Program-made: the position numbers and the translations under genes
Part shown: positions 53,242 to 62,328 of the stretch, piece by piece
Layout of the letters: each line of letters opens with the position of its first letter
Position numbering within the stretch: position 1 is the first letter of the stretch
The notes under the pieces: generated by a model
Database searches by the model: none
Told to the model about the DNA's origin: nothing
Seen by the model: the letters and a program-made list of their open reading frames with translations, nothing else
IMG/VR virus record: IMGVR_UViG_3300006155_000004
Source: a virus
Reading direction: 5' to 3' (one strand)
Length of the DNA stretch: 64,000 bases

Positions 53242-53574
53242 ATGGGAACAAACTATTATTTAGTCAAAAACAGACCGTCTATTGACAGAGGGTTGCATAT
53301 CGGAAAATCTTCTATTGGTTGGAGATTTCTTTTTCACAAACCGTCAATTTGGGATGTTGACAAGCCATTAAATACATTTGAACAATGGAGAGATTATCTC
53401 AAAGAAACAACAGAGGCAGGAACACACGTCATTATGAACGAGTATGACGAGATTGTTTCGTATGAATGGCTTATGGAACTGATTAAAAACAAGCAAGAAG
53501 AGGACAGCCCTGATATGTTTCAATATTGCGAAAATGTCAATGGGTATCGGTTTTCTGATGGAGAGTTTAGTTAG
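53242..53574 (+). CDS. hypothetical protein
   Basis: 110 aa behind GAAAGGAG. Confidence 0.55.
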   Translation: MGTNYYLVKNRPSIDRGLHIGKSSIGWRFLFHKPSIWDVDKPLNTFEQWRDYLKETTEAGTHVIMNEYDEIVSYEWLMELIKNKQEEDSPDMFQYCENVNGYRFSDGEFS

Positions 53575-53585
53575 GAGGGGTTGAA

Positions 53586-53816
53586 TTGAAATTTGTGTTG
53601 AATGGTTGCGACATATCATTTGTTGCGGAAGCGCCAGAGGATATCACATTGAAACAGCTTATCAAACAGTGTGACAAAATCAAGCCTGATTGGTGTGCTT
53701 GCGGCATATGTTCTTTGGGTTATGTCGGATATTCGGAAGATATAGAAGCGGATATTGCAATCGGATATGACACGATTGAAAAAGTTGGTGATGTTTCTTG
53801 CAGTATTGAGGATTGA
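53586..53816 (+). CDS. hypothetical protein
   Basis: 76 aa, TTG start behind AGGAGGGG. Confidence 0.45.
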   Translation: MKFVLNGCDISFVAEAPEDITLKQLIKQCDKIKPDWCACGICSLGYVGYSEDIEADIAIGYDTIEKVGDVSCSIED

Positions 53817-53827
53817 AAGGAGAACCT

Positions 53828-54253
53828 ATGGCAGAAAAGAAATTATCAGAGGAATTAAGGCATTGTTTGAAATATGACGCTTGCGGAGATTGTCAATACT
53901 ACAAGCCAGAAACAAAATTTACTTGCCGAGGCTTGCTGCAAAAGGCGTATGAAGTGGTTAAGCGGTATGAGGAAATGGATGAATGCAGGAATGTTTTGAA
54001 ACTTCCAATAAATATAGAAACGCCAATTTATTCTATCGAATATTGTTGCGGTGAAAACAAAGACAATAAGATGGGAATGTGTTTTAGGGGATTTTGTTCT
54101 GATTGTGAAAAGAAATCTCATTACATTTTGGAAGCAACAGCAAAAAGTTCTTGCCAAATTTCGGAAATTGGTAAAAGCGTTTTTCTGTCGAAAGAAGCTG
54201 CTAAAAAGGCATTAAAGGAAATGGAGGATAGGAAGAATGGAGAGATTGACTGA
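53828..54253 (+). CDS. Cys-rich hypothetical protein
   Basis: ATG behind AAAGGAGAA. Confidence 0.5.
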   Translation: MAEKKLSEELRHCLKYDACGDCQYYKPETKFTCRGLLQKAYEVVKRYEEMDECRNVLKLPINIETPIYSIEYCCGENKDNKMGMCFRGFCSDCEKKSHYILEATAKSSCQISEIGKSVFLSKEAAKKALKEMEDRKNGEID

Positions 54254-55112
54254 AAGATTGACGGATAAATCATATTGTATTTCTGATATTCGGGCAATAC
54301 AGAAAGAAACATTTTATGAGGATATGGAATGCAGGCGTGGCTTTGACTTGTATACAGGAAAAGCCATTGACAAGCTGGCAGAATATGAGGATTTAGAGGA
54401 ACAAGGGAAACTGCTGAAATTGCCAGTTGCAGTGGGAACCTGGGTATATGAAGTTTATCGGTTCATGGATGAGGGTGTTTGTGAGATTGATGTTCATAAA
54501 ATCAAGCTAGAAGATTTAGAGAATATCGGAAAAACCGTTTTCCTCACCATAGAAGAAGCCGAGGATAAGCTGGCAGAAATGGAGGGGGAAGAAGCGAACG
54601 AGCGGAGAGTGATTATATACATAAGTGCTACCAAGCAAACCACAACCGCAAAATGGCATTTAGAGGGAGTATATCCGTCTGATTTATGGGTTGCGATATT
54701 ACATGATATTTCAGATTTAAAGCCATTTTTGGGAGAATCAAAAGTAATCATTAAGTTTAGCGATAGAACCAGGGAGGCCGTGTTTTATTTTAGCGGCGGA
54801 AAACTGATACAAGCAGGTCAAAACGAATTAGATTTTTGGGTTAAGAAATCAGAAAAGGAAAGCGAGGAAAAATCAATGTTACATAATGTGACCGTAAAAC
54901 ATGAGGAAGACAAGGTGCTTGAAGAATTTTGGGTAATGAGGGCGGTAAAAGAGGGGAAATTACCATTTGATTTCAAAAAGACAGTTATTGACGAAAGAAA
55001 ATTAGACCATGAGCCGAGCAAAAGCGAAATCGCACAATTCCTAGCCGACAGCAAAGCGGATTTCGTGTCGGTGGTGCAGAATTACAGATTTGAAAATGAG
55101 TTGCCGTTTTAG
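54237..55112 (+). CDS. hypothetical protein
   Basis: 291 aa; N-terminus MERLTERL...LAEYEDLEEQGKLLKLP common in Clostridial phage early genes (memory). Confidence 0.55.
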   Translation: MERLTERLTDKSYCISDIRAIQKETFYEDMECRRGFDLYTGKAIDKLAEYEDLEEQGKLLKLPVAVGTWVYEVYRFMDEGVCEIDVHKIKLEDLENIGKTVFLTIEEAEDKLAEMEGEEANERRVIIYISATKQTTTAKWHLEGVYPSDLWVAILHDISDLKPFLGESKVIIKFSDRTREAVFYFSGGKLIQAGQNELDFWVKKSEKESEEKSMLHNVTVKHEEDKVLEEFWVMRAVKEGKLPFDFKKTVIDERKLDHEPSKSEIAQFLADSKADFVSVVQNYRFENELPF

Positions 55113-55130
55113 GGAAAGGAGATTGAGGGA

Positions 55131-55457
55131 ATGAAACTTTATATTTTTAAAACATCGAATTGGAGTCATAAGCCAAAACTTACAATGGAAGAATTTGAGG
55201 TTGAGGAAAAACCGAAAACCTATGTATGCAAAGGAAGACGATTTAACAAAGAAGATATAGAAAAGGTAAGCGGATATGACTTTGATGAGTGTATGCTACT
55301 TGAAAACAATCCGTCTAAGGCTTGCGAAATTCTTTTGAAAAGAAAAGAGTTGGAATTGAAATGGGCGGAGGAAAAGGTTGCTGATAAGAAAGCAGAAATC
55401 GAGAATTTGAAAAGATATATCAGAAGAGAAAGTGAGAGGAAAGGCAATGATTGTTAA
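55131..55457 (+). CDS. hypothetical protein
   Basis: 108 aa behind AAAGGAG. Confidence 0.55.
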   Translation: MKLYIFKTSNWSHKPKLTMEEFEVEEKPKTYVCKGRRFNKEDIEKVSGYDFDECMLLENNPSKACEILLKRKELELKWAEEKVADKKAEIENLKRYIRRESERKGNDC

Positions 55458-55701
55458 GAGAAGAATTTTTGACGAATTAAACAAGAGATTAAAAGAGGCG
55501 AGGGAAGAAAACGAAGAATTACGGAAGAAAAATAATGATTTGAACAGAAGAATAAAAAGTGAGAGAGTAACGGGGTGTTGGTGCAGGACCTGTAAAAATT
55601 CCGTTGCAGAAACACATCAAACTGTATACGGAGATTACAAAACATATGATTGTTTGCTTGATGTGAAATGCAACGATTATGAGAGATTGGAGGATAAATA
55701 A
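55447..55701 (+). CDS. hypothetical coiled-coil/Cys protein
   Basis: ATG 55447 overlapping previous gene. Confidence 0.45.
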   Translation: MIVKRRIFDELNKRLKEAREENEELRKKNNDLNRRIKSERVTGCWCRTCKNSVAETHQTVYGDYKTYDCLLDVKCNDYERLEDK

Positions 55702-55702
55702 T

Positions 55703-56125
55703 ATGAATCGTGTAATTTTAATGGGACGCTTGACAAAAGACCCAGACGTAAGATATTCACAAGGCAATAATCCAATGGCGATAGCAAGGTACACGCTAGC
55801 AGTTGAGCGAAAATTCAAGCGTGACGGCGAGGCGAACGCAGATTTTATTAACTGTATCGCATTTGGGAAGAATGGCGAGTTTGCGGAGAAGTATCTGCAT
55901 AAGGGGATTAAGATAGCAGTTGTCGGTCGTATTCAGACGGGAAGTTATACAAATAAAGACGGCGTAAAAGTATATACAACAGATGTGGTTGTGGAAGAAC
56001 ATGAGTTTGCAGAGAGCAAGAACACAAATCAACAGAATGAGCAAAGCAACAGACCGCAACCAAGTAATTCTGATGATGACTTCATGCAAATTCCCGACAA
56101 TATGGAGGACTTGCCATTCAACTGA
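55703..56125 (+). CDS. ssb: single-stranded DNA-binding protein
   Basis: MNRVILMGRLTKDPDVRYSQ...INCIAFGKNGEFAEKYLHKGIKIAVVGRIQTGSY; acidic tail DDDFMQIPDNMEDLPF. Confidence 0.9.
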   Translation: MNRVILMGRLTKDPDVRYSQGNNPMAIARYTLAVERKFKRDGEANADFINCIAFGKNGEFAEKYLHKGIKIAVVGRIQTGSYTNKDGVKVYTTDVVVEEHEFAESKNTNQQNEQSNRPQPSNSDDDFMQIPDNMEDLPFN

Positions 56126-56138
56126 TTGGAGATATGAA

Positions 56139-56552
56139 ATGATTTGGAATTTAGTAATAATAGGAATAATATTTCTCGTTGGATTTTTGATAGATCACAT
56201 TATCAAATACAAGGAATTGAAATTTGACAATATGATTTTGAAAAAACAAGTTGACGAAATCAGAAACAACTTCAAGATGTACAGAAGTATTTCTGATTGC
56301 GAAAATGCAGAGGTTGAAAAGTTAAAGAGCCAAAATGCAGAACTTCTTATGGAAAATATGCAACTCAAATCTCTTATTGGTGCATATCGGAATGTATATG
56401 GTTATCAGGACAAATATTCAACACCGCAAATTCCAAAAGATACGGTTGATGCTGTCCGATACGCCATGAAACACGCCCATCCAGACAACGGAGGAAATGC
56501 AGAAGATTTCATAAGGTTTCAAAAGTGCTATGAGGAATTGACGAGGAAGTGA
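56139..56552 (+). CDS. membrane-anchored coiled-coil protein with minimal J-domain (HPD) at C-terminus
   Basis: TM IWNLVIIGIIFLVGFLI; coiled coil; AVRYAMKHAHPDNGGNAEDFIRFQKCYEELT. Confidence 0.55.
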   Translation: MIWNLVIIGIIFLVGFLIDHIIKYKELKFDNMILKKQVDEIRNNFKMYRSISDCENAEVEKLKSQNAELLMENMQLKSLIGAYRNVYGYQDKYSTPQIPKDTVDAVRYAMKHAHPDNGGNAEDFIRFQKCYEELTRK

Positions 56553-56562
56553 GGTTGAGAAG

Positions 56563-56904
56563 ATGAAAGAAGCATTAGAGAAAATAAGAGATTTGTGCAG
56601 GAAGAATGATGAAGATAGCCACAGATACGAAAAAGAGGGAAATTTATCAATGGCTATCATGGCAGGAGTTAGAACACAGTGTTATGAGGAATGTTTTGAA
56701 ATTGTGAACAGCTGTGAAAACAAAGATAAAGATGAGGAATTGAAGCACTTTCTTGAAATTGAAATCGAGCAGGCAGAAAAACGAATGAAAGAAGAATCCA
56801 ACCCTACATTTAACGGACTTATCGTAGGACATGAATTTCAAATTGAGTTGAACAAAGGACATATACGCTTTTGCAAAGAAGTGTTGAAAATGTTAGCAAA
56901 ATAA
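56563..56904 (+). CDS. hypothetical protein
   Basis: 113 aa behind GTGAGGTTGAG. Confidence 0.55.
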   Translation: MKEALEKIRDLCRKNDEDSHRYEKEGNLSMAIMAGVRTQCYEECFEIVNSCENKDKDEELKHFLEIEIEQAEKRMKEESNPTFNGLIVGHEFQIELNKGHIRFCKEVLKMLAK

Positions 56905-56977
56905 AATTTAAGGATTGGAGGTAATGGAGGTTTGATGGCACAGATGAATTTATTTGATTTTATGGGAGGTTGAGGGA

Positions 56978-57336
56978 ATGGCATACGACTTAAATTCAGA
57001 CTTTGACATAGAACAGCACAAGAAAACTTTTATTCATTATCTCGAAGTGGTGATTGATGGAAACGGAAAGATAATGTATGCCGTTCCGTCACATCAAGAA
57101 AAGCTGATTACCCTTGCTCGTGAAAAGCTGAATGTCACAAGAGAAGAATTAAATGCCATTGTCCGCAGGAGTATTATTTTGACTTTATGGCATGGCTATG
57201 CAAAATAAGTGGTACTTGTGCGGTTTGGGAGAATTTTATTCAGTGCGACAATCTGACAGAACGGCAGATGAGGGCGTTGCAGATGTTGAAAGATAATGGA
57301 TTGTATTTAGGAGAAATTCCGAAGGAGGTTGATTGA
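56978..57336 (+). pseudogene. conserved small phage protein split by a frameshift near 57159-57161
   Basis: Frame 2 ...LNVTREELNA then frame 1 CPQEYYFDFMAWLCKISGTCAVWENF...LQMLKDNGLYLGEIPKEVD to TGA 57334; one extra nt (TT to TTT) would fuse. Confidence 0.5.
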
Positions 57337-57338
57337 AT

Positions 57339-57548
57339 ATGAAAAATAAAATTAAGAAAATTTTGAATTTTGTTACAGATATAGTACTTATATATTCTGT
57401 ACTTATGATGATTTTTGTTGTGTTTTTCTTTTTGGTTGCAATACCGACTGTTTCGTTACCATTTTTGATACTTTCTGTGGCGATTAAAATTATTCCGATG
57501 ATAAGCAAGAAAAAGGAGGACACCCAAAATGCTAACCATGCCAATTAA
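57339..57548 (+). CDS. small membrane protein
   Basis: ATG behind GAAGGAGG; two TM segments. Confidence 0.5.
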   Translation: MKNKIKKILNFVTDIVLIYSVLMMIFVVFFFLVAIPTVSLPFLILSVAIKIIPMISKKKEDTQNANHAN

Positions 57549-57583
57549 AAAGAAGTGGTTAGGAGAGAGGAAAGAGAGGAAAT

Positions 57584-57739
57584 ATGGAGAAATTATTTGA
57601 TGTTTATTTTACAAAAGCTGACAGAAAAGAATACAAAGTTAGATATTGCTGCATTGATAAAAGTCAAGCAAGAAGATTATTCTTTTCTGAAATCCAAAAG
57701 GGAGAAGAATTAAAAAGAATTGTCGAGGTCAAGGAGTAG
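57584..57739 (+). CDS. hypothetical small protein (51 aa)
   Basis: ATG 57584, TAG 57737. Confidence 0.4.
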   Translation: MEKLFDVYFTKADRKEYKVRYCCIDKSQARRLFFSEIQKGEELKRIVEVKE

Positions 57740-57789
57740 CATTTTATCCTGACGGCGCAGGAAATTTTGAATGGAAGTGAGGATTAAGT

Positions 57790-57942
57790 ATGGATAACGA
57801 GAAAATGACAGTTGTTGACGCAAGGAAAATTTTGCAGATTATGAATGACTGTTGCAAAGGTCTGATTTTCACAAAAGATGAAGTAAGTCAGATTGCTGCA
57901 ATTTGTTTGAAAGCAATAGAACGAGTAGAAAGTGAGGATTAA
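57790..57942 (+). CDS. hypothetical small protein (50 aa)
   Basis: ATG behind GTGAGGA; TAA 57940. Confidence 0.4.
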   Translation: MDNEKMTVVDARKILQIMNDCCKGLIFTKDEVSQIAAICLKAIERVESED

Positions 57943-57944
57943 CT

Positions 57945-58205
57945 ATGGCTTGTGCATTAGGAATAGAACAGGATTGTAACGAGTGCAGAATGTGTGGAAA
58001 TGGGAAAGGCGGTAAGAAGATGACAAATTTTGAACGGATTAAGGGAATGGGAATTGGAGAGCTAGCAGAGGTATTAGAGGATAGGGATATAGTATTTTCA
58101 TGTAATAAATGCCCTGCAAAGAAAAACAAAGGGCATGGATGCCCTGAACAAAGTTGCTTGCCATACATTAAGGAATGGTTAGAAAGCGAGTGTGATGTGG
58201 AATGA
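57945..58205 (+). CDS. Cys-rich hypothetical protein
   Basis: 86 aa behind GTGAGGA. Confidence 0.5.
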   Translation: MACALGIEQDCNECRMCGNGKGGKKMTNFERIKGMGIGELAEVLEDRDIVFSCNKCPAKKNKGHGCPEQSCLPYIKEWLESECDVE

Positions 58206-58381
58206 ACAAAGCATTGGCAGAGTTTGTAATGTGTTTTTCTCTTTTGTATCTGATTGAGGGGATACACAATTCATTTAAAAAGAAAACCAATATGGCATAT
58301 AAGATTTCACATATTTTATATCCATTGTTTATGGTTGGGGTGATGATTTATTTCTTGATTTCAGGAGTAATAGTGGATTAG
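58202..58381 (+). CDS. small membrane protein (59 aa)
   Basis: ATGA overlap; two TM segments. Confidence 0.4.
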   Translation: MNKALAEFVMCFSLLYLIEGIHNSFKKKTNMAYKISHILYPLFMVGVMIYFLISGVIVD

Positions 58382-58397
58382 GGGGTGTTGGTAAAAC

Positions 58398-58565
58398 ATG
58401 AAACCATTATGTCAAACGTATATCAATATATTTCATTTCCCAGAGTGTTGTGCGGAGAATTTGACGGATTGCGTAAGGCTGATTACGAATTGTGGGAATT
58501 ACAGCAGGCATGATATGGGAGAAAGCGAGAATAAAAAGGAGGAAAATCAGAATGAACAGAATTAA
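58398..58565 (+). CDS. hypothetical small protein (55 aa)
   Basis: ATG 58398, TAA 58563. Confidence 0.35.
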   Translation: MKPLCQTYINIFHFPECCAENLTDCVRLITNCGNYSRHDMGESENKKEENQNEQN

Positions 58566-58710
58566 ATTATGGATTTCAAAGTTTATATGCAAATGGAGTG
58601 ACTTTGCAGAAATGGGGAATGACAAGGATATTTTGGAGTTGAAGAAAAGTATTAAGGCTTATGAAAACGGAATAGCCAAAAGAAAAGATATGGAGTGTGA
58701 TAACCAGTGA
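58552..58710 (+). CDS. hypothetical small protein (52 aa)
   Basis: ATG behind AAAAGGAGGAAAA. Confidence 0.45.
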   Translation: MNRIKLWISKFICKWSDFAEMGNDKDILELKKSIKAYENGIAKRKDMECDNQ

Positions 58711-58811
58711 GCAACCGACAGAACATAGCCAAAGCAAAAGCCATAGAGCAGAAGAACAAGAAGCGTCTGCTTGCGGTTAATCCAAAACTTGACAAGAAAA
58801 GCGGCATTTGA
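58707..58811 (+). pseudogene. N-terminal fragment of a second GIY-YIG nuclease gene, cut at the GIY motif
   Basis: SNRQNIAKAKAIEQKNKKRLLAVNPKLDKKSGI-stop aligns with SNYKNIAKVKVIERKNEQKLLAVNPKLDNGSGIYILW of 60835 gene. Confidence 0.6.
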
Positions 58812-58834
58812 ATTTGAATGTGAGGTGAAATATT

Positions 58835-60838
58835 GTGATTGAATTATTGGAACACAACAAAGAAACCTACAAAAGATTATGTGATTTACTGGAAAATAAC
58901 AATAAATGCGCTTTAGTGCAGGCAACAGGCACAGGGAAAAGTTATATTGCAGGGAGGTACATAGAAGAACACGCAGAAACATCCTTAATACTTGTGCCAA
59001 CAAACGCAATAGCTGATGCATGGGAAGAACTGCTTGCAGGAACGGAAAAGGAAGTCAATATCATAACCTATCAAGCCTTTGCGAAAGAACCGAAGAATTA
59101 TCTTGATTATGATTTAGTGATTGCTGATGAAATGCACCACTTGGGAAGTGATGTATGGGGCAAGAAATTTGTTGAAACCTACTTGCAGAGCGAAAACCAT
59201 AAAATCATAGGATTAACCGCTACGGAAATCCGTTATCTTGATAATTCAAGGGATATGGCAGAAGAAATCTTTGAGAATATGAGGATTGACGGTTGCGACT
59301 TGTCAACAGCGATAAATACAGGCGTTCTTCCTACGTTCAAGTATGTTTCCGCATTATATTGTGATGAAAGCGATTTTGACGAATGGAAAGAAAAAGCAGA
59401 GAAGATAAAGGACATAAAAACACAAACAGAACTCAAAGGGCGGTTAGATGTCTGTATTAAAAACATGGTATCGGTAAAACAGGCGGTCAATGAAAATCTG
59501 ACTGACGATTACAAGAAAATCATTGTGTTTCTGAATAATGTGGAATCGAAAGAAACAGCACTCGAAATGTTTAAAGATGTGTTTCCGAAAGCTAATTTTT
59601 ATGACGTGGATTACAGCAAGCAACGGACAGCGAACAATGAGCAGATAAACAAGTTTAAGGAAGACGGAAACAGGGCGGTATTGTTTGCGGTGGATATGCT
59701 GAATGAGGGAATCCATATCAAAGGTACGGATTGCGTGATTATGTTCAGAAAGACGGTATCTCCGCAGGTGTATTTACAGCAGTTGGGGCGTGGACTTGCA
59801 AGCGGAACGGATAAAACGCCTGTTATATTTGATTTTGTTGGAAATGAAAATTTGAAATTAAAAGCAAAATATGAAGCAGAAGAAAGCGCTGAAATAATAA
59901 ATCGAATAGATGGGAACTTAGATAAAGAACATAAGATAATTTTTAAAACATATTTATCTGACATAGAAAATTGTATTAATTCGATATGCTCTTTGTGTTT
60001 CAATTATTTTAAAGAAGACGAAATTGCGTTTATTAAAGAAAATTATGGAAAGATAAACACAAAAGAAATTGCTAAAATTTTAGGAAGAAGCAAGGGTGTA
60101 ATACATAATCTTGCAGCAAGGCTTGGGATTGCAAAAACAATCGAAAACTGGACAGATAAAGAAATAGAAATAGTCAGAAAAGAATATGCAAGCATAGGGG
60201 CAAAAGGAATAATTGAAAAATACAAAATTTCAAGAAGTGCAGATTCAATCCGTTCAAAGGCTAACAGTCTTGGAATTACTGTTAAATCCAATGATATATG
60301 GACTGATGAGCAAATAAGGTATTTAAAGGAAAACTGTACAGATAAAACATATGATGAGATTGCGAAATATTTAGGAAGAAGCAAAAACTCTGTAATAAAC
60401 AAGTTAAGAAGAATGGAAATTGATACAAATAAACAAAATTTGAAAAAGGTTTATTCTTTTGATAAAAGAGGGAATTTCGCAAAAGAGTATAGATGCATTT
60501 CTGAATGTGCAAAGAACTTTGGAGTCGGAAATAGTTCCGTTAGGGCGGCGATAGAACACAATTACACGGTTAATGGATTTTATCTTTTCTACGAGCCGAA
60601 TTTTAAGATAAAGAGCAAGACATACTCAAAAAAGAAAGTTATGAAACTCGATAAAAATCGAAACCTTATAAAGATATTTGACTCTGTAAAAGAAGCTACG
60701 GAAGAAAGCGGACTTTCCGAATTGTGGACAAGATTAAACAATAAAGTTGACAACCATATTAAGGAAACTGAATTCGTATGGATGTATGAGGAAGATTATA
60801 AAAAGATGATTGCAGAACAGAAAGCAGGTGGAGCATGA
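58835..60838 (+). CDS. SF2 (DEAD/DEAH, type III res-like) helicase fused to Myb/SANT-like repeats and NUMOD-like homing-endonuclease DNA-binding modules
   Basis: VQATGTGKSYIA (Walker A), IADEMHHLG (DExH), QQLGRGLA (motif VI); then 3x ...EIAKxLGRSKxxxxxxxxRLGI with W-T-D-(K/E)-(E/Q)-I; then ECAKNFGVGNSSVRAAIE and EATEESGLSELW. Confidence 0.7.
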   Translation: MIELLEHNKETYKRLCDLLENNNKCALVQATGTGKSYIAGRYIEEHAETSLILVPTNAIADAWEELLAGTEKEVNIITYQAFAKEPKNYLDYDLVIADEMHHLGSDVWGKKFVETYLQSENHKIIGLTATEIRYLDNSRDMAEEIFENMRIDGCDLSTAINTGVLPTFKYVSALYCDESDFDEWKEKAEKIKDIKTQTELKGRLDVCIKNMVSVKQAVNENLTDDYKKIIVFLNNVESKETALEMFKDVFPKANFYDVDYSKQRTANNEQINKFKEDGNRAVLFAVDMLNEGIHIKGTDCVIMFRKTVSPQVYLQQLGRGLASGTDKTPVIFDFVGNENLKLKAKYEAEESAEIINRIDGNLDKEHKIIFKTYLSDIENCINSICSLCFNYFKEDEIAFIKENYGKINTKEIAKILGRSKGVIHNLAARLGIAKTIENWTDKEIEIVRKEYASIGAKGIIEKYKISRSADSIRSKANSLGITVKSNDIWTDEQIRYLKENCTDKTYDEIAKYLGRSKNSVINKLRRMEIDTNKQNLKKVYSFDKRGNFAKEYRCISECAKNFGVGNSSVRAAIEHNYTVNGFYLFYEPNFKIKSKTYSKKKVMKLDKNRNLIKIFDSVKEATEESGLSELWTRLNNKVDNHIKETEFVWMYEEDYKKMIAEQKAGGA

Positions 60839-61428
60839 AAAGCAATTATAAAAATATCGCAAAAGTAAAGGTTATTGAAAGAAAGAATGAGCAGAAATTA
60901 CTTGCAGTCAATCCTAAGTTGGATAATGGGAGCGGGATTTACATACTTTGGAGAACAGAAGTCCATGCCTATGTAGGGCAGAGTGTAGGGTTGCTTACCA
61001 GATTAGCACAACACCTTGCAGGATATAGCCAACATATAGATTTGTCGCTAAAAAAGCACAAACTTTATTCTTCTGAAAATCCATATGGATATAGGGTTGA
61101 CTTTATCCATTGCGATAAATCGGAATTGGACGATAAAGAACGGGAATATATCCAAAAGTGTATTGATAAAGGGTGGGTATTGAAAAACAAGACTTCTGGC
61201 GGTCAAGATGACGGAAAGGAAAAGATTGCAGATTATAAACCGCCAAAGACATACAGACAGGGCATACAAGCCGGAAAGAAAACCCTTGCAAGGGAACTTT
61301 CCTCTATCATCAGTAAGCATTTGACTGTAAGGCTGAAAGATGAAAAGCAGGGAAATAAAGTATCGGAGAAGCAGCTTGAAAAATTTAATCAATTATTAGA
61401 TGAAAACACATATAAAACGGAGGAATAG
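60835..61428 (+). CDS. GIY-YIG nuclease
   Basis: SGIYILWRTEVHAYVGQSVGLLTRLAQH...REYIQKCI. Confidence 0.7.
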   Translation: MKSNYKNIAKVKVIERKNEQKLLAVNPKLDNGSGIYILWRTEVHAYVGQSVGLLTRLAQHLAGYSQHIDLSLKKHKLYSSENPYGYRVDFIHCDKSELDDKEREYIQKCIDKGWVLKNKTSGGQDDGKEKIADYKPPKTYRQGIQAGKKTLARELSSIISKHLTVRLKDEKQGNKVSEKQLEKFNQLLDENTYKTEE

Positions 61429-61431
61429 CAG

Positions 61432-61653
61432 ATGAAATATAAAGAGTTTCGTGCATGGTGCAATCAAAGAGCGGCTGATGGGTGCTGGGGGATGCAAACT
61501 GCAATGTTTTGTGTTTGGGTTGTGGATGAGATCAGGAAAATCCCATTTTGGAAACGCGAAAAAGTTTGGAAAGAGAAATATGAGGAAGAAATAATGCGAG
61601 ATGTTGTAGGACCAATAGAAAAGAAAATCAAGGAAGTATACGAGGAAATTTAA
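61432..61653 (+). CDS. hypothetical protein
   Basis: 73 aa behind ACGGAGGAA. Confidence 0.5.
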   Translation: MKYKEFRAWCNQRAADGCWGMQTAMFCVWVVDEIRKIPFWKREKVWKEKYEEEIMRDVVGPIEKKIKEVYEEI

Positions 61654-61689
61654 TCGGATTTTGGATGAAAATAATTATGGAGGTTGAGT

Positions 61690-61848
61690 ATGGAAATGGT
61701 TCAAGACGGCGTTGAGGTTTATTGTCTGCCGGATAACGCCTATTGCAATGCAGACGAAGAAAAGAGAAGCCCGCTTGATATTGACGATTGCCCTATTGGG
61801 TGTGCAGTGTGTAGCGGAGATTGTTACCATTATAGGGAAGATGATTGA
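61690..61848 (+). CDS. small Cys-rich protein (52 aa)
   Basis: ATG behind TGGAGGTTGAG; TGA 61846. Confidence 0.4.
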   Translation: MEMVQDGVEVYCLPDNAYCNADEEKRSPLDIDDCPIGCAVCSGDCYHYREDD

Positions 61849-61872
61849 AATTATAAGAAATGAGGTGCGGTT

Positions 61873-62150
61873 ATGAGTGCTAAGGAATATGCAAGGTTAA
61901 TGAGAGAAGAATTGTATCGGCAGAATAAAAGCGTTTTGGAAGTCACAGACGATTTATGGCTTGCCATTGCAGATAATATGGAAAAATTTGCAGAATGGGC
62001 GGTTGAGGAATATAAGGAAAGGGCGGTTGAACAGTTGGAGAAAGCAAAAAAAATTTTACCGGCATGGGTACTTTGCAATCGGCTTATTTTGACAAAGGGA
62101 TTGATAAGGCTATTGAAATTGTCAAGTCTGGCGGTGTTGCGGATGATTAG
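61873..62150 (+). pseudogene. hypothetical protein broken at A8 (62046-62053); A9 restores a 92-aa ORF
   Basis: After ...EQLEKAKK the -1 frame reads NFTGMGTLQSAYFDKGIDKAIEIVKSGGVADD-TAG(62148); as assembled the frame runs on into the next gene. Confidence 0.5.
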
Positions 62151-62328
62151 ATACGAAAATCAATGTATAGATTGCGGTTTTCCATGCAGATATGAGGCTT
62201 GCAGGTATTACAAGGTTGCAATCCCTGTCTGCGGCGAATGTGGGGAAGATGTGGACAAGTTATATCGTTTGGACGGGGAAGAATTATGCGAAACCTGCGT
62301 GTTGAGGAGATTGGAGGTTGTGGAGTGA
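62143..62328 (+). CDS. zinc-ribbon protein (61 aa)
   Basis: MIRYENQCIDCGF...CGECGEDVDKLYRLDGEELCETC; ATG overlaps restored upstream stop. Confidence 0.5.
   Translation: MIRYENQCIDCGFPCRYEACRYYKVAIPVCGECGEDVDKLYRLDGEELCETCVLRRLEVVE

Noticed and set aside
57524-57596. Short ORF MLTMPIKKKWLGERKERKYGEII, considered as a truncated ASCH-like gene
   Set aside because: It is only 23 codons, overlaps the end of the 57339 gene, and the resemblance rests on a few residues.
61873-62328. Single 151-aa ORF as given in the ORF track
   Set aside because: The middle third (KILPAWVLCNRLILTKGLIRLLKLSSLAVLRM) looks like out-of-frame text. The -1 frame there reads sensibly and ends at a TAG overlapping an ATG, so I split it into a frameshifted gene plus a 61-aa zinc-ribbon gene.
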